Below, one piece after another: positions 44,115 through 55,780 of a DNA stretch of 64,000 bases. The stretch's first letter is position 1. Each line of letters begins with the position of its first letter. Source of the DNA: Thermoanaerobaculia bacterium (lineage in GTDB: Bacteria > Acidobacteriota > Thermoanaerobaculia > Multivoradales > Multivoraceae); contig JAJEBV010000015.1 in NCBI GenBank assembly GCA_022822365.1, forward strand, positions 157,688 to 221,687. The letters are read 5' to 3'. The position numbers and the translations under genes are program-made. The notes under the pieces are model-generated. The model had not been told where the DNA came from. It saw only the letters and a program-made list of their open reading frames with translations, and ran no database searches.

Positions 44115-44996
44115 ATGGTCCGCATGGAGTGCGTTCCGAACATCAGCGAGGGGCGGCGGCGGGACGTCATCGAGGCCTGCGTGGCGGCGGCTTCGATGCG
44201 CGGCGTACGCGTGCTGGACGTGTCTTCGGACCCGGACCACAACCGGACAGTGCTGACGCTGCTGGGCGCGGGCGATGATCTGGTGCGTGCCGTGACGGCG
44301 TTGGCGGCGGCGGCGATCGACCGCATCGATGTCGGCGCGCACTCGGGCGTACATCCGTTTCTTGGCGCGCTGGACGTGGCCCCGTTCGTACCCCTGGAGG
44401 CGGGGCAGATGCCGGCGGCCGTCGACGCCGCGCGCAAATGTGCGGACGCGCTCGCAGCGCTCGATCTGCCGGTACTCCTGTATGGCGAGGCCGCGTCGGA
44501 TCCAAGCCGGTCCGCCCTCGCCGACCATCGCCGCGGCGGTCTGTCGCGGCTCGCCGAACGAATGGCCAGCGGCCAATGGCCGCCGGATCGCGGCCCCAGC
44601 CGGCCGCATCCGACCGGCGGTGTCGTCTGCGTCGGCGCGCGGCCCTTCCTGGTCGCGTTCAACCTGCTGCTCGACACGAGGGAGGTCGCCGTTGCGAAGC
44701 GGATTGCGGCCTCGCTGCGCGAGTCCGGCGGCGGTCCGCCGGGCGTGCGGGCGCTCGGGTTATTCCTGGAGAGCCGCGGGCAGGCGCAGGTCAGCGTGAA
44801 CGTGACCGATTGCGACCGGACGTCGTTGCTCGATGTGGTCAACCGTGCGGACGAGCTGGCGGCTGTAGGCGGGGTGCGAGTCGTCGAGACGGAGTTGATC
44901 GGGCTAGCGCCACGCCGGGTTCTGCCGGCTGGAGGCGCCGCGGCGCTGAGACTGCCCGGATTGTCAAAGACGCAGATCCTGGAGACTCATCTGTAG
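44115..44996 (+). CDS. ftcD: Glutamate formimidoyltransferase
   Basis: ECVPNISEGRR, DPDHNRTV, GVHPFLGALDVAPFVP, AQVSVNV. Confidence 0.92.
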   Translation: MVRMECVPNISEGRRRDVIEACVAAASMRGVRVLDVSSDPDHNRTVLTLLGAGDDLVRAVTALAAAAIDRIDVGAHSGVHPFLGALDVAPFVPLEAGQMPAAVDAARKCADALAALDLPVLLYGEAASDPSRSALADHRRGGLSRLAERMASGQWPPDRGPSRPHPTGGVVCVGARPFLVAFNLLLDTREVAVAKRIAASLRESGGGPPGVRALGLFLESRGQAQVSVNVTDCDRTSLLDVVNRADELAAVGGVRVVETELIGLAPRRVLPAGGAAALRLPGLSKTQILETHL

Positions 44997-45007
44997 CGCG
45001 GAAAGCG

Positions 45008-45075
45008 GTCGCCGCTTCGCGGCGCGTTTCGAGGCCGCCTTCGGCGGCAGCGGGTCAGAGGACCCGCGCACCCAG
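45008..45075 (-). repeat. Triple-hairpin REP-like element, copy 3 (reverse)
   Basis: Reverse complement of the core at 45034-45072 with one loop change (CTCT); lies between convergent ftcD and mpl. Confidence 0.9.
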
Positions 45076-45086
45076 TGTGGGAACGT

Positions 45087-46517
45087 CTAGCCTGCCAGGC
45101 CGTCAGCCAGGCGCCGGGGCATGTTGTCGAAAGAGCCCGACGACATGGTGACCAGGACGTCGCCGGCCATGGCCTCGGCCAGAACCGTCTCGGCCAGCTC
45201 GTCGTTGGAAGTACAGGCGGTCGCATCCGCTCCCTGCTGCTCGATGTCGGCCGCCATCTCCTTCGGGTCGAAGCCGTCCTCTCCCAGGCGCTCGCGGTGG
45301 AACACCGGGGCCAGCAACACGCGGTCGGCCGATGCGAGCGCCGCAGCCAGGTCGGCGGCGAACTGACGTCGTCCCGCGCTGAGGCTGCGCGGCTCGAACA
45401 GGGCGACCAGCCGGCGGCCAGGGAAGCGCTGCCGGAGCGCCGCCAGCGAAGCCGAGACCTCCGACGCATGGTGGGCGAAGTCGTCGATCACGACGACTCC
45501 CGCTGCCTCGCCGACGACCTCGAGCCGGCGCTTGACGCCGCGGAAGGTGGCGAGCGCCTCGAGGACGGCGTCCCGCTCCAGCCCGTCGGCGCGAGCCGCC
45601 GCCCACACCGCCATCGCGTTCAACGCGTTGTGCTCGCCCCAGACGCCGAGGTCGATCCGCTGTCGCCCGCCAGCCTCTTCCAGCTCGAAGGAGACACCGT
45701 TCTCGCCGCTCTCGACCCGACCGGCGAGCCGGACATCAGCCGCCCCAGCGCCGCCGGACTCCGGGCCGCCGATCTCCGTCCCACCGGCCCCGACGCCGTA
45801 GGTCACGACCCGGCACGGGCTCGCCGGCAACAGCCGTTCGACCGTCGGATAGTCCACGCAGGCGATCAGCAGTCCGGTCGGCGGCAGCCGTTCGACGAGC
45901 CCGAGGAAGGCCCGTTCCAGCCCCTCGAAGTCGGGATAGAGATCGACGTGGTCGTGCTCCAGGCTGGTCAGGATCACGGTCTCCGGTCGGTAGTGCCAGA
46001 ACTTGGGGCCGCGATCGAAGTAGGAGGCGTTGTACTCGTCGCCCTCGATCGCGAAGCGCGGCCCGCCGCCGAGTGCGAACCCGGAGGCCAGGCCGACCGG
46101 CGCGCCGCCGATGAGATAGCCGGGATCGGCGCCGGCGCGGGAGTAGACCCAGGCCGCCATCGCGGTCGTCGTCGTCTTGCCGTGGCTGCCGGCGACGACC
46201 AGCGGCTTCCGATCCCGGAGCACGAAGCGGTCGAGCGCCTCCGGCATCGACAGCCGCGGCAGGCCGAGCTCCTCCGTTGCGACCGCCTCCGGGTTCGTCC
46301 GCGGCACCGCGTTGCCGACGATCACGAGGTCCGGCCGCGGCTCCAGGTGAGTCGGGTCGTAGCCGACCAGCGGTTCGATTCCCGCGCGGGCCAGCATGTC
46401 GCTGGTCGGCGGGTAGAGAGGTCCGTCCGACCCGCGCACGTCGTGGCCGAGATCGCGCAGCAGGCAGGCCAGCGGCGCCATGCCGGTGCCGCCGATCGCG
46501 ATCAGGTGGATGTTCAA
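45087..46517 (-). CDS. mpl: Murein peptide ligase (MurC/Mpl family)
   Basis: IAIGGTGMAPLA, GSHGKTTT, EGDEY, GVKRRLE, DDFAHH, SSGSF. TTG start at 46517. Confidence 0.88.
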   Translation of the reverse strand: MNIHLIAIGGTGMAPLACLLRDLGHDVRGSDGPLYPPTSDMLARAGIEPLVGYDPTHLEPRPDLVIVGNAVPRTNPEAVATEELGLPRLSMPEALDRFVLRDRKPLVVAGSHGKTTTTAMAAWVYSRAGADPGYLIGGAPVGLASGFALGGGPRFAIEGDEYNASYFDRGPKFWHYRPETVILTSLEHDHVDLYPDFEGLERAFLGLVERLPPTGLLIACVDYPTVERLLPASPCRVVTYGVGAGGTEIGGPESGGAGAADVRLAGRVESGENGVSFELEEAGGRQRIDLGVWGEHNALNAMAVWAAARADGLERDAVLEALATFRGVKRRLEVVGEAAGVVVIDDFAHHASEVSASLAALRQRFPGRRLVALFEPRSLSAGRRQFAADLAAALASADRVLLAPVFHRERLGEDGFDPKEMAADIEQQGADATACTSNDELAETVLAEAMAGDVLVTMSSGSFDNMPRRLADGLAG

Positions 46518-46528
46518 GGGAGCGGCTA

Positions 46529-47362
46529 CTAGCGCGATGGCCGCTTCCAGATGCTGGCCTCGTCCTTCGCCTTCGCCGGGCCGCTGCGGCGGCGCTCCAG
46601 CGCGTCCTCCATCTCCGCCAGCCTGGGGGCCAGGCAGCTCTGCTGCAGTTCGGTCAGCTCGGCGATCCCGGCCAGCGCCAGGTCGAGAAGGCCGTCGAAC
46701 TCGGGGCGCGTGAACACGCGGCCCTCGGCGGTGCCCTGGACCTCGATCAGGCTGCCCTCGCCGGTCGCCACCACGTTCAGGTCGACCTGGGCGTCCCGGT
46801 CCTCGACGTACTCCAGGTCGAGCAGCAACTCGTCCTGACAGATCCCGACCGAGACCGCGGCCACGGAATGAACGATGGGCCACCTCTTCAGGTCGCCCTC
46901 GAGCAGCATCCTGGAGAGCGCCGCGACGGTCGCCACGTAGGCGCCGGTGATCGAGGCGGTGCGGGTGCCGCCGTCGGCCTGGATGACGTCGCAGTCGACC
47001 GCGATCGTGACTTCCGGGAGTTTCTTCAGGTTGACCGCCGACCGGAGCGAACGGCCGATCAGCCGCTGGATCTCCGCCGTGCGCCCCGAGGGCCGTCCGC
47101 GGGACACCTCCCGCCTCGAACGGGTCAGGGTCGCCCGCGGCAGCATGGCGTACTCGGCGGTCAGCCAACCCTGGCCCTTGCCCACCAGGAAGGGCGGCAC
47201 GCGCCGTTCCACGCTGGCGGAGCAGAGCACCCGGGTGTCGCCGCACTCGATCAGCGCCGAACCCTCGGCGAACTTCATCGCGTCCAGCTCGATCGTCACC
47301 GGGCGCAGGGCGGAGAGCGACCTGCCGCCGCTGCGGTTGAAGCCGCCACCTCGATTCGTCAC
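46529..47362 (-). CDS. rph: Ribonuclease PH
   Basis: [51 protein letters not shown] start overlaps the murI stop. Confidence 0.96.
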   Translation of the reverse strand: MTNRGGGFNRSGGRSLSALRPVTIELDAMKFAEGSALIECGDTRVLCSASVERRVPPFLVGKGQGWLTAEYAMLPRATLTRSRREVSRGRPSGRTAEIQRLIGRSLRSAVNLKKLPEVTIAVDCDVIQADGGTRTASITGAYVATVAALSRMLLEGDLKRWPIVHSVAAVSVGICQDELLLDLEYVEDRDAQVDLNVVATGEGSLIEVQGTAEGRVFTRPEFDGLLDLALAGIAELTELQQSCLAPRLAEMEDALERRRSGPAKAKDEASIWKRPSR

Positions 47363-48201
47363 GATGCCTCGACCTCCTCCCCTGCCCCCGAAGTTCCTGC
47401 CGACTCGTCCACGTCGATCCACTCGAGCGTCGCCGGCTCGCCGAGAATCCGCTCGGCAAGTCTGGCAAACCGCGGACCGGCGTCGGTGGCGAAGAGTCTC
47501 ACACTCGCCGATCCGGGACCAGCGCCGTCCGTCCATCCCCTGCCGCGAAGCTCCTGTTCCACCAGGGCGCCGGTCGACTCGGCCGAGTCGACGAGGGTGA
47601 CCTCCGGGCCGCAGACGCGCTCCAGCGCGCCGCGCAGCATCGGGTAGTGGGTGCAGCCGAGCAGCAGCGTGTCGATCCCCTCGGCCAGCAGCGGTTCGAG
47701 ATACCGCGCCACGATGCGCCCGGTGATCTCGTCCTCCTCCCAGCCCTCCTCGACGAGCGGGACGAGCAGCGGGCAGGCCCGCTGACTGACGCGGAGACGC
47801 GGGTCGAGGCGGCGGATCGCCTCTTCGTAGGCGCCCGACCGCACCGTCGACTCGGTGGCGATGACGCCGACGTGCCGACTCGCCGACGCCACGGCCGCCG
47901 AGGCGCCCGGCTCCAGCACGCCCCAGTGCGGCGCCCGCACGGCGAGGTCGTCGAGCGCCATGGCGGAGGCCGTGTTGCAGGCCACGACCAGGGCGTCGAC
48001 GTTGCGGCGCTCCAGGAAGTCCACGTTCGTCTGGGAGTAGCGGAGCACGGTCCGCCGCGACTTCGTGCCGTAGGGCAGGCGGGCGGTGTCGCCGAGGTAG
48101 AGAATGGAGGCGCCGGGCAGCCGGCGTCGAAGCGCGGCGACCACGGTCAGACCGCCGACGCCCGAGTCGAAGACGCCGATCAGGGGCTGCGCTCCGGGCA
48201 T
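47359..48201 (-). CDS. murI: Glutamate racemase
   Basis: [26 protein letters not shown]. Confidence 0.97.
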   Translation of the reverse strand: MPGAQPLIGVFDSGVGGLTVVAALRRRLPGASILYLGDTARLPYGTKSRRTVLRYSQTNVDFLERRNVDALVVACNTASAMALDDLAVRAPHWGVLEPGASAAVASASRHVGVIATESTVRSGAYEEAIRRLDPRLRVSQRACPLLVPLVEEGWEEDEITGRIVARYLEPLLAEGIDTLLLGCTHYPMLRGALERVCGPEVTLVDSAESTGALVEQELRGRGWTDGAGPGSASVRLFATDAGPRFARLAERILGEPATLEWIDVDESAGTSGAGEEVEAS

Positions 48202-48204
48202 CGC

Positions 48205-48837
48205 TCAGAGGTCCGCGGAAGGCTCCGCGTTCCGGTCGAGATCGGGTAGCAGCGGCCGGCTCGTGTCGACATGGCCGGCGAAGGTCAGGCGCTGCTCCCC
48301 GTTCCACATCAGCACGACGCGCTCGATGCCCAGGTTGCTCGCGGTCAGACTGTTGACCAGGCTGTAGACGGCGAGCAGTTCCTCGCGCAAGCCCATCGCC
48401 GGCCGCTCGAAGCGCAGCGTGGAGCCGGTCCGCGCAACGGTCAGGTCGACGTAGGCGACGCCATTGACCAGGTCGAACGCCTGCAAGCCGACGTCGGGCG
48501 GCAGAACGGGGAACCTCTCCTCGTCCGCCTGCGGCGGGTCGTCGCCGGCGTGTGTCCGAGCGGTCGGACCGGGACCGTCGATCAGCGCCTGGACGATCAC
48601 CGCCGCCGTCTCCTCGACGCTGCCGGCGGCCGGGATCGCCCGCGGCTCGCAACGGAGCAGTCCGTCGGCGGTCGGGAAGCAGAGGGTCGCGAAGAAGTCC
48701 TCGCCCTCCGCGACGAGTTCCACTTCGCCGTCGACCGCGCCGTCGACGTCGCCGTCGCCGCATGCCCCAAGCACCACGAGCAGCGCGGGCAACAAGACGG
48801 CGGCGAGGGGCCAGAGGCTCGAACGCGGCCGGTTCAC
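48205..48837 (-). CDS. GerMN domain lipoprotein
   Basis: Lipobox [28 protein letters not shown]. Confidence 0.88.
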   Translation of the reverse strand: MNRPRSSLWPLAAVLLPALLVVLGACGDGDVDGAVDGEVELVAEGEDFFATLCFPTADGLLRCEPRAIPAAGSVEETAAVIVQALIDGPGPTARTHAGDDPPQADEERFPVLPPDVGLQAFDLVNGVAYVDLTVARTGSTLRFERPAMGLREELLAVYSLVNSLTASNLGIERVVLMWNGEQRLTFAGHVDTSRPLLPDLDRNAEPSADL

Positions 48838-50588
48838 GATCGCGCGCCCTCGGCCGCCGTCTCCGCGGCGCCCGTCATGACGCCCCGGTAGAGCCGGATC
48901 GCCCGGCCGATCGCCTCGAACACCTCGCGGCCGCGCGGTCCGTCGAAGACCGGGGTCTTCTCGCCCTCGCCGTCCTCGACCTCCTCGTACCCGAACTCGA
49001 TCAGGACCGCCGGCATCGACGCCCCGGTCAACACCCGCAGGGGCGCGCGCCGGAAGCCCCGGTTCGGCAGGTCGAGGGCGTCGCCGACCTGGGTCTGGAT
49101 CAGCCGGGCGAGCAGTGCGCTGCGCTCGAGCTGGCCGTCCTGCACCCGGTCCCAGGGTTCGAGCGGCGGGATCACGACCGGCGGCTCTTCCTCCTCCGGT
49201 TCCGACTCCAGGTCGTCGAACACCTCGCCCTCAAGAGCGTCCGGTTCCGCCGCGTCCTCGGCGGCTTCGAGAGACGGGTCGGCCTCCGGGTCCACTTCCA
49301 GGTCCGCTGCCGATTCAGCCTCCTCCGGCACGAGCGTCGCCGGAGGCGGATCGAGAACCCACGTCTGGAACGCGCTTCCCGGCAGGAGCGCCGCGTCGCC
49401 GCTCACGTGCAGCGACACGAAGAGGTCGGCCTCGTACTGGTTGGCCAGGGAGGTGCGATTCTCGAGCGTGACCGTGCTGTCGCCGCTGCGGGTGAGCACC
49501 ACGCGCGCCCCCAGCTCGGACTCCAGGTGCGACCTGAGGGCCTCGGCGATCCTGAGTGCGAGGTTCTTCTCGCTCTGACCGAACGGCGCACGCACGCCGT
49601 TGTCCGTCCCGCCATGACCCGGATCGAGGACGATCCGGAACTCGCGCCGTTCCTCCTCCGGCCGCGATGTCGCGCGCGGCTGAAGTCCCGGCCGTCCCCG
49701 CGTGATGTCGAGGACGAGCTGGACCCGCGGCGGACGGCCCAGGAGGTACGGTTCGGACGCCTCGGCGCGAGGCGCCAGACCGATGTCGACCGAACGCTCC
49801 CGCACTTCGATCCAGCGCACGAGGGGATCGTTCAGCCGCACCCGGCGGCGGGGGTCCATGACCCCGCTCAGCAGCCGCAGCCGCACGCCGGCGCGGTAAC
49901 GATCGACCTGGAAGCGAGGCCGGCCGGAGAAGGTCACGACGAGCGTCGTGGCGCCGAGGTCGTGAACGCGGTCCACCTCCACGTCGAGACGGCGCTCGCC
50001 CGTCCTGTCCACACGGAGCAGGCCCCGCCGCCGGTCGAAGTCGAAGCGGTAACCGAGCGTCTCCGGATACGCCCGCGCCAGCGCGTCGACCGGCACGAAC
50101 AGCTTGCGCGGCTCGATGGGCTCGGGGGGCAGCTCGGGCTCTTCCTCTTCGCCATCGTCCTCCGACTCCGCCGCTTCCCCGTCTTCCTCCTCCTCTTCGT
50201 CGGGGTACACGGGTTCCGGCTCGATCCACGGCCTGATCGACAGGTCGTGGACCTCGCCGTCGACCATGACGGTCCTGCTCAGGGGTCCGAGAACGACCTC
50301 CCGCCCCGCTACGCGTACCGTGTGAGCCTCGCCGAGCGGACCGATCTCGAGGTCCCCTCCCAGCACCTCGACGACGGAACCCAGCGCGACGAGCGGCCCG
50401 GAGGAAGAGCGGGCCCAGGGCAGGGGCTCGGAATCACGGCCGACGACGATCGTCCCCGCCTCGTGGGAGAGAATGACCGTCTCCGGCTCGTCGTCCCTCT
50501 GCGCCGACGCCGGCGCGAGCAGCGAAAGCCCCAGGGCCGCTGCCAGCAGTCCGGAGGCACACCAGATGATGCCGCGTCGGAGAGACAC
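48834..50588 (-). CDS. N-acetylmuramoyl-L-alanine amidase (Amidase_3)
   Basis: [23 protein letters not shown]; acidic linkers. Confidence 0.9.
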   Translation of the reverse strand: MSLRRGIIWCASGLLAAALGLSLLAPASAQRDDEPETVILSHEAGTIVVGRDSEPLPWARSSSGPLVALGSVVEVLGGDLEIGPLGEAHTVRVAGREVVLGPLSRTVMVDGEVHDLSIRPWIEPEPVYPDEEEEEDGEAAESEDDGEEEEPELPPEPIEPRKLFVPVDALARAYPETLGYRFDFDRRRGLLRVDRTGERRLDVEVDRVHDLGATTLVVTFSGRPRFQVDRYRAGVRLRLLSGVMDPRRRVRLNDPLVRWIEVRERSVDIGLAPRAEASEPYLLGRPPRVQLVLDITRGRPGLQPRATSRPEEERREFRIVLDPGHGGTDNGVRAPFGQSEKNLALRIAEALRSHLESELGARVVLTRSGDSTVTLENRTSLANQYEADLFVSLHVSGDAALLPGSAFQTWVLDPPPATLVPEEAESAADLEVDPEADPSLEAAEDAAEPDALEGEVFDDLESEPEEEEPPVVIPPLEPWDRVQDGQLERSALLARLIQTQVGDALDLPNRGFRRAPLRVLTGASMPAVLIEFGYEEVEDGEGEKTPVFDGPRGREVFEAIGRAIRLYRGVMTGAAETAAEGARS

Positions 50589-50689
50589 TACGGCAACCTA
50601 ACACCCCGGCAGGACTGCGTGATTCCGGACCTGTAGGCCCCGCCGGTACCAACACGACTGTGCTAAATTGCGCGGCCCTGCGCACGCGT

Positions 50690-50765
50690 GGCCCGTTCGT
50701 CTAGGGGTCTAGGACGCTGGCCTCTCACGCCAGTAACACGGGTTCGAATCCCGTACGGGCTACCA
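50690..50765 (+). tRNA. tRNA-Glu(CUC)
   Basis: GGCCCGT/ACGGGCT acceptor stem, CT-CTC-AC loop, GTTCGAATC, encoded CCA. Confidence 0.97.
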
Positions 50766-50780
50766 CGCACATCAACGTGG

Positions 50781-50858
50781 CTCTGCTGGGTGCGCGGGTC
50801 TTCTGACCCGCTGCCGCCGAAGGCGGCCAGAGAACCGCGCCGGCCGATGGCCGGCTCC
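50781..50858 (+). repeat. Triple-hairpin REP-like element, copy 4
   Basis: Core at 50789-50827; shares GCTCTGCTGG flank with copy 2 and the GCCGGCC hairpin type with copy 1. Confidence 0.9.
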
Positions 50859-50874
50859 ACTCCCAAGCCCGCAG

Positions 50875-51738
50875 TCAGGGCACCGACGAAGCACTGTTGA
50901 CGTCGACGTGCGTGTTTGGATTCAGGTCCTGATTCGGGTCGACCAGATGCCCGCCCGGGAAGCTGACCGAGACCGCCGGGGCGGACGTATCGAGGCACAG
51001 AAGGTGGTTGTTGTCCCGGTCCCCCAGATCCGCGAGAGCCGCCGGAGCGATCTCGTCACTCGAGCCGTCCGGCCGCCCCACCGTCACGCGATAGAGGGCG
51101 CGCTCGGCGTCGCCAAGTTCGTCGCCACTCGGCAGTCGTACCCCTCCGGCCCAGGTCGCCCGGACCACCTGCTGGATGCCCTCCGGGCAGGCGGTCCCCC
51201 GGCTCTCCGTTGACAATCGGTCCTCGGGCACCACCTCCGCCAGCACGAGAGAGGGCCCGGCATCGAGCGGCGTGACATCAGTCTCCGTGCCGCGAAAGTT
51301 CACCGGCTCGCCAGCTACTCCATCCGAGAGCAGGTCGCCGACAACGAGCACCTTCACCGGCGGGTCGTCGTCCGCGTTGCCGAACTCGCCGATGAGGAGC
51401 ACGGTCCTGAGTTCGCCTGGATCGCCGGCCGGCCTGAGGGTCGTGCAGAGGGGAGTGCGTTCAGACCCCGACTCCGTGACGATCCGGAAGTCCCCGGGCT
51501 GCAAGGTCTCCGCGTCCACGGTATGGGACAGCACGACCGGCATGCCGTCCTGCCCGGCCGCGCCCTGGCAGAGGAGATTCACCCCGGCCGGCAGGGCGTT
51601 GTCCAACCCGAAGAAGGCCGACAGCGGGCGCGCCGTTTCGCCGTTCGCGGCCTGCGCCGCGGCACCGCCTCCGGCGGCGGCCGCGGCAGCGAGCACTCCC
51701 GCGGCCATCGCGGCAATCAACGAAGATCGATCATTCAC
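50875..51738 (-). CDS. Exported hypothetical protein
   Basis: Signal peptide, SAFFGLDNALP, GQDGMPVV, several Cys; coding-like codon usage. Confidence 0.75.
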   Translation of the reverse strand: MNDRSSLIAAMAAGVLAAAAAAGGGAAAQAANGETARPLSAFFGLDNALPAGVNLLCQGAAGQDGMPVVLSHTVDAETLQPGDFRIVTESGSERTPLCTTLRPAGDPGELRTVLLIGEFGNADDDPPVKVLVVGDLLSDGVAGEPVNFRGTETDVTPLDAGPSLVLAEVVPEDRLSTESRGTACPEGIQQVVRATWAGGVRLPSGDELGDAERALYRVTVGRPDGSSDEIAPAALADLGDRDNNHLLCLDTSAPAVSVSFPGGHLVDPNQDLNPNTHVDVNSASSVP

Positions 51739-51777
51739 TTCGGCTTCTCCTTAGGATCTTCGGGCGAAGCGTGGTTC

Positions 51778-53307
51778 TCACTCCGCGAGCCGCCACCTCG
51801 GCGGCGCCACGAAACCGTCACGGCCTTCCCAGAAGATCGGCACATGCTCCTCCGGCTGCAGCGCCCGGAAGGCGAGCGCCTTCTCCGTCAGACGCTCGGC
51901 GATCTCCGGGTGCCCTGCTGACAGGTCGTTCTGCTCGCCGGGATCGTCTCCGAGGTGAAAGAGCATGGTCTGCGCTTCGGCGAGCGCCGCGCGGTCGAGC
52001 GGTTCGGGGCCGATGACGATCAGCTTCCAGTCCCCTTCCATCGCCATGAGCTGCTCGCGCTCGTTGCTCAATTGGGCGCACCAGGAGTAGAAGTCGCGGT
52101 CGCCGGCGACGTCGCCGCCCCGAAGCGCCGGCAGGGCATCGCGGCCGTCCAGTTCGAGATCGGGACGGTCGGAGACGGCCGCGGCCTCCATCAGCGTGGG
52201 CAACACGTCGAGGTAGTTGAGCGGCGCGCCGATCGAGCCGCCGCCGCTCACCCCGCCGGCAGGCCAGCGCGCCGCCGCCGCGACCCGGATGCCGCCTTCG
52301 AAGACGTTGCCCTTGGAACCCCGGAACGGCCGGTTGTCGCCGATGCCCGTGTCGCCGCCGTTGTCCGAGAAGAACCACACCAGTGTGTCGTCCGCCACGC
52401 CGGCCTCGTCGAGGGCATCGAGGATGCGGCCGATGCCGGCGTCCATCGCGTGCACCATCGCGCCGGTGATCCTGCGGTTCCGGAGACGGCCTTCCACGTC
52501 CTCGAGGCGCGCCCGGCTCATCGCGTGACCGCCGAACCACTCGTACTTCTCGGGCGGTACCCCCGCGCCGACGACCGCCTCGATCGGCACCGGCTCGAGG
52601 TCGGCATACCGCGGCAGATCCTCTTCCTTCGCCTGGAACGGCGAGTGCGGCGCGTTGTAGGGCACGAACAGGAAGAAGGGCGCGTCACCGTCGGCGTGCT
52701 CGCGAACGAAGCGCACCGCGTGCTCGGAGATCAGATCCGTGCTGTAGCCCGGCTCGTCGACCGACTCCTCGTCGTGGAACCAGTCGACCTCGCCGTAGCG
52801 CTCGTGCGTGAAGTAGTCGAAGCCCCAGCCGAGGTGGCCGACGAAACGCGTGAAGCCGCGCTCGAGGGGGTGGTACTCGCTGCGCGACAGACCCAGATGC
52901 CACTTGCCGACGAGGCCGCGCTGCTCGTAGCCGGCATCGGCGAGCACCTCCGGGATGAGAGTCGCCTCGGGATCGAGACCGTAGTCGTGGTACCCCATGA
53001 CGACGCCGCGCATCATCCCGTAACGGATCGGATGCCGGCCGGTCATCAGGCCGGCGCGAGTCGGCGAGCAGATCGGCGCCACGTAGAAGCGATCGAGCCT
53101 GACGCCCTCCGCGGCGATGCGGTCGATGTGGGGGGTGGCGATGTCGCCGCCGTTGAAGCTGACGTCGCGCCAGCCGAGGTCGTCGGCGACGATGAGCACG
53201 ACGTTGGGCGGCCGTTGCGCTCCCGCTTCCCCGGCCTCCTCGGCCGGCGTACAGCCGAGCAGGAGGATGACCGTCGCGAGCACGATCCCGTGTTCCGTCC
53301 TCATCAC
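51778..53307 (-). CDS. Arylsulfatase, lipoprotein
   Basis: LLGC lipobox, ADDLGW, CSPTRAGLMTG, GKWHLG, SDNGG. Confidence 0.93.
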   Translation of the reverse strand: MMRTEHGIVLATVILLLGCTPAEEAGEAGAQRPPNVVLIVADDLGWRDVSFNGGDIATPHIDRIAAEGVRLDRFYVAPICSPTRAGLMTGRHPIRYGMMRGVVMGYHDYGLDPEATLIPEVLADAGYEQRGLVGKWHLGLSRSEYHPLERGFTRFVGHLGWGFDYFTHERYGEVDWFHDEESVDEPGYSTDLISEHAVRFVREHADGDAPFFLFVPYNAPHSPFQAKEEDLPRYADLEPVPIEAVVGAGVPPEKYEWFGGHAMSRARLEDVEGRLRNRRITGAMVHAMDAGIGRILDALDEAGVADDTLVWFFSDNGGDTGIGDNRPFRGSKGNVFEGGIRVAAAARWPAGGVSGGGSIGAPLNYLDVLPTLMEAAAVSDRPDLELDGRDALPALRGGDVAGDRDFYSWCAQLSNEREQLMAMEGDWKLIVIGPEPLDRAALAEAQTMLFHLGDDPGEQNDLSAGHPEIAERLTEKALAFRALQPEEHVPIFWEGRDGFVAPPRWRLAE

Positions 53308-53393
53308 CTAAGTCCGTTCCCTCCTGCTTTCGCTTGCGAAGACGCACCCACGCTACAAGAATGCAGAATCCCCTTCCACAAGGAGAGCCGACG

Positions 53394-54368
53394 ATGAGCA
53401 CAGCCGCCCTCGCCTACCTCGGTGTCCGCTCGGACAAGCTGGAAGACTGGAACGACTTCGCCTGCAACCTGCTCGGCATGCAGCAGGTCGACCGCGGGGG
53501 CAAGTCCCTCTCCTACCGGATGGACAACTTCGAGCAGCGCCTGCTGGTCTCCGACGAACCGGGCGACACGCTCTCCTTCATGGGCTGGGAGGTTGCCGGC
53601 GAGGACGATCTCGAGGGCTTCGCCACGAAGCTGGACGCGGCCGGCGTCGAGGTGGACTGGGGAAGCTCCGAACTCGCCGACCGGCGCTTCGTCGAGCGTC
53701 TTCTCGTCTGCCACGACCCCGACGGGAACCGCGTCGAGCTGGTGTGGAAGCCGATGCGCACCAGCGACCCGTTCGTGCCGGGCAGGACGATTTCGGGCTT
53801 CAAGACGGGCCCGCTCGGCATGGGGCACGCGGTCCTGCACGTCACCGACATCGAGAAGCAACTGGCCTTCTACCGCGACCTCCTGGGCTTCGAGCTCACC
53901 GACTTCGGCAACATGCCGCTCGTCCCCATCCACTTCCTGCACGTCAACGGCCGTCACCACAGCCTGGCGATGATCGCCTCCGGGCAGAAGGGCTTCCACC
54001 ACTTCATGGTCGAGTTCCAGTCCCTCGACGACGTCGGCCAAGGCTACGACCTGGCCGGGGCGACGGAAGACCGGGTGGGCTTCACCCTCGGCCGGCACAC
54101 CAACGACTTCATGACGTCCTTCTACGCCCGGACGCCCTCCGGCTTCTTCGTCGAGAACGGCTGGGGCGGCCGGATCATCGACCCGGAGACCTGGCAGCCC
54201 GTCGAACTGTTCGACGGCCCGAGCCTCTGGGGCCACGACTGGGTCGACCTGCCGGACGAAGCCAGGACGATGGCGCGCAACTTCCGGATCGATCTCGCCT
54301 CGCGCGGCGTCCAGTCTCCGCCTTTCATCGATTGCCCGTGGCTGTTCGAGCAGGTGGCGAAGACGTAG
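53394..54368 (+). CDS. Extradiol ring-cleavage dioxygenase (BphC/HsaC-like, VOC family)
   Basis: MGHAVL, RHHSLA, HHFMVE, LGRHTND, SFY, ENGWG. Start at ATG 53394. Confidence 0.92.
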   Translation: MSTAALAYLGVRSDKLEDWNDFACNLLGMQQVDRGGKSLSYRMDNFEQRLLVSDEPGDTLSFMGWEVAGEDDLEGFATKLDAAGVEVDWGSSELADRRFVERLLVCHDPDGNRVELVWKPMRTSDPFVPGRTISGFKTGPLGMGHAVLHVTDIEKQLAFYRDLLGFELTDFGNMPLVPIHFLHVNGRHHSLAMIASGQKGFHHFMVEFQSLDDVGQGYDLAGATEDRVGFTLGRHTNDFMTSFYARTPSGFFVENGWGGRIIDPETWQPVELFDGPSLWGHDWVDLPDEARTMARNFRIDLASRGVQSPPFIDCPWLFEQVAKT

Positions 54369-54380
54369 CCCGTCAGCCCG

Positions 54381-55727
54381 TCACCCGCCGTCGCCCGGGT
54401 CGAAGCGCTTCTCGAGTCCGGTCCAGCAGTCCGTGTAGTCGTCCTGTAGCGGCGCCTCCCGGGCCGCGAACTCGGTCAGGTGCTGCGGGAAGCGGGTCTC
54501 GAACATGAAGCTCATCGTGTTCTCCAGCTTCTTCGGAGCCAGTTCAGCGGAGGTCGCGGCCTCGAAGGCGTCGGCGTCCGGGCCGTGGGGCAGCATCATG
54601 TTGTGCAGCGACAGACCCCCCGGCGCGAAGCCCTCGGGCTTGGCGTCGTAGATGCCGTGGATGTTGCCCATCAGCTCGGACATGATGTTCTTGTGGTACC
54701 ACGGCGGCCGGAATGTGTGCTCGGCGACGCTCCAGCGATCGCGAAAGAGCACGAAGTCGATGTTGGCGGTACCCGGCACGCCCGACGGCGCGGTCAGGAC
54801 CGTGAAGATCGAAGGGTCGGGGTGGTCGAAGAGAACGGCGCCGACCGGCGCGAACGCCTCCAGGTCGTACTTCGAGGGCGCGTAGTTGCCGTGCCAGGCG
54901 ACGATGTCGAGCGGAGACTGGTCGATGTCCGTCGCGTGGAAGCGGCCGCACCACTTCACCACCAGCCGTGACGGGACCTCGCGGTCCTCGAACGCCGCTA
55001 CTGGGGTCTTGAAGTCGCGCGGGTTGGCGAGGCAGTTGGCGCCGATCGGCCCGCGGTTGGGAAGGCCGAACTTCGCGCCGTAGTTCTCGCACACGAAGCC
55101 CCGGGCCGGGCCCTCGGTGACCTCGACGCGAAAGACCATGCCGCGCGGCAGGATCGCGACCTCCCGCGGCTCGAGGTCGATCCGCCCGAGTTCCGTCCAG
55201 AACACGAGCCGGCCGTCCTGGGGCACGACCAGCAGTTCCGAGTCCGCCGAGTAGAAGTACTCGTCGACCATGCTCTCGGTGGCGAGGTAGACGTGCGCGG
55301 CCATCCCCACCTGGGTGTTGACGTCGCCGGCGGTCGTCATCGTGCGCATGCCGGTAAGGAACGTCAGCGCCTCGGTCGGGTGAGGCACCGGGTCCCAGCG
55401 GTACTGACCGAGCGAGATGACGTCGTCGACGATGTGCGGGGCCGTCCGCCAGTAGGGCAGGTCGACGCTCCGGAAGCGCGACGTGTGCCTGACCGACGGA
55501 CGGATGCGGTAGCACCAGGTGCGCTCGTTCTCACCCTGCGGCGCGGTGAAGGGTGTGCCCGAGAGCTGTTCCGCATACAGGCCATAGGCGCAGCGCTGCG
55601 GACTGTTCTGGCCCTGCGGCAACGCCCCCGGCAGCGCCTCCGTCTCGAAGTCGTTGCCGAACCCGGGCATGTACCCGGGCATCGTCCCGCAGGGGGTTTC
55701 GGCCTGGACGATCCGGCGTCCCGTCAT
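54381..55727 (-). CDS. hmgA: Homogentisate 1,2-dioxygenase
   Basis: [65 protein letters not shown]. Confidence 0.98.
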   Translation of the reverse strand: MTGRRIVQAETPCGTMPGYMPGFGNDFETEALPGALPQGQNSPQRCAYGLYAEQLSGTPFTAPQGENERTWCYRIRPSVRHTSRFRSVDLPYWRTAPHIVDDVISLGQYRWDPVPHPTEALTFLTGMRTMTTAGDVNTQVGMAAHVYLATESMVDEYFYSADSELLVVPQDGRLVFWTELGRIDLEPREVAILPRGMVFRVEVTEGPARGFVCENYGAKFGLPNRGPIGANCLANPRDFKTPVAAFEDREVPSRLVVKWCGRFHATDIDQSPLDIVAWHGNYAPSKYDLEAFAPVGAVLFDHPDPSIFTVLTAPSGVPGTANIDFVLFRDRWSVAEHTFRPPWYHKNIMSELMGNIHGIYDAKPEGFAPGGLSLHNMMLPHGPDADAFEAATSAELAPKKLENTMSFMFETRFPQHLTEFAAREAPLQDDYTDCWTGLEKRFDPGDGG

Positions 55728-55745
55728 GGGTCGAACGCTCCCTCT
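55724..55745 (-). repeat. 22-nt direct repeat copy A (leader and start of hmgA)
   Basis: AGAGGGAGCGTTCGACCCATGA, identical to 57684-57705. Confidence 0.9.
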
Positions 55746-55780
55746 AGCCGTGCTTCGGCTAAGGGGATTCTAGTCGCCGA

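Noticed and set aside
50130-50210. Glu/Asp-rich low-complexity run in the amidase
   Set aside because: An ordinary acidic linker with no periodic DNA repeat.
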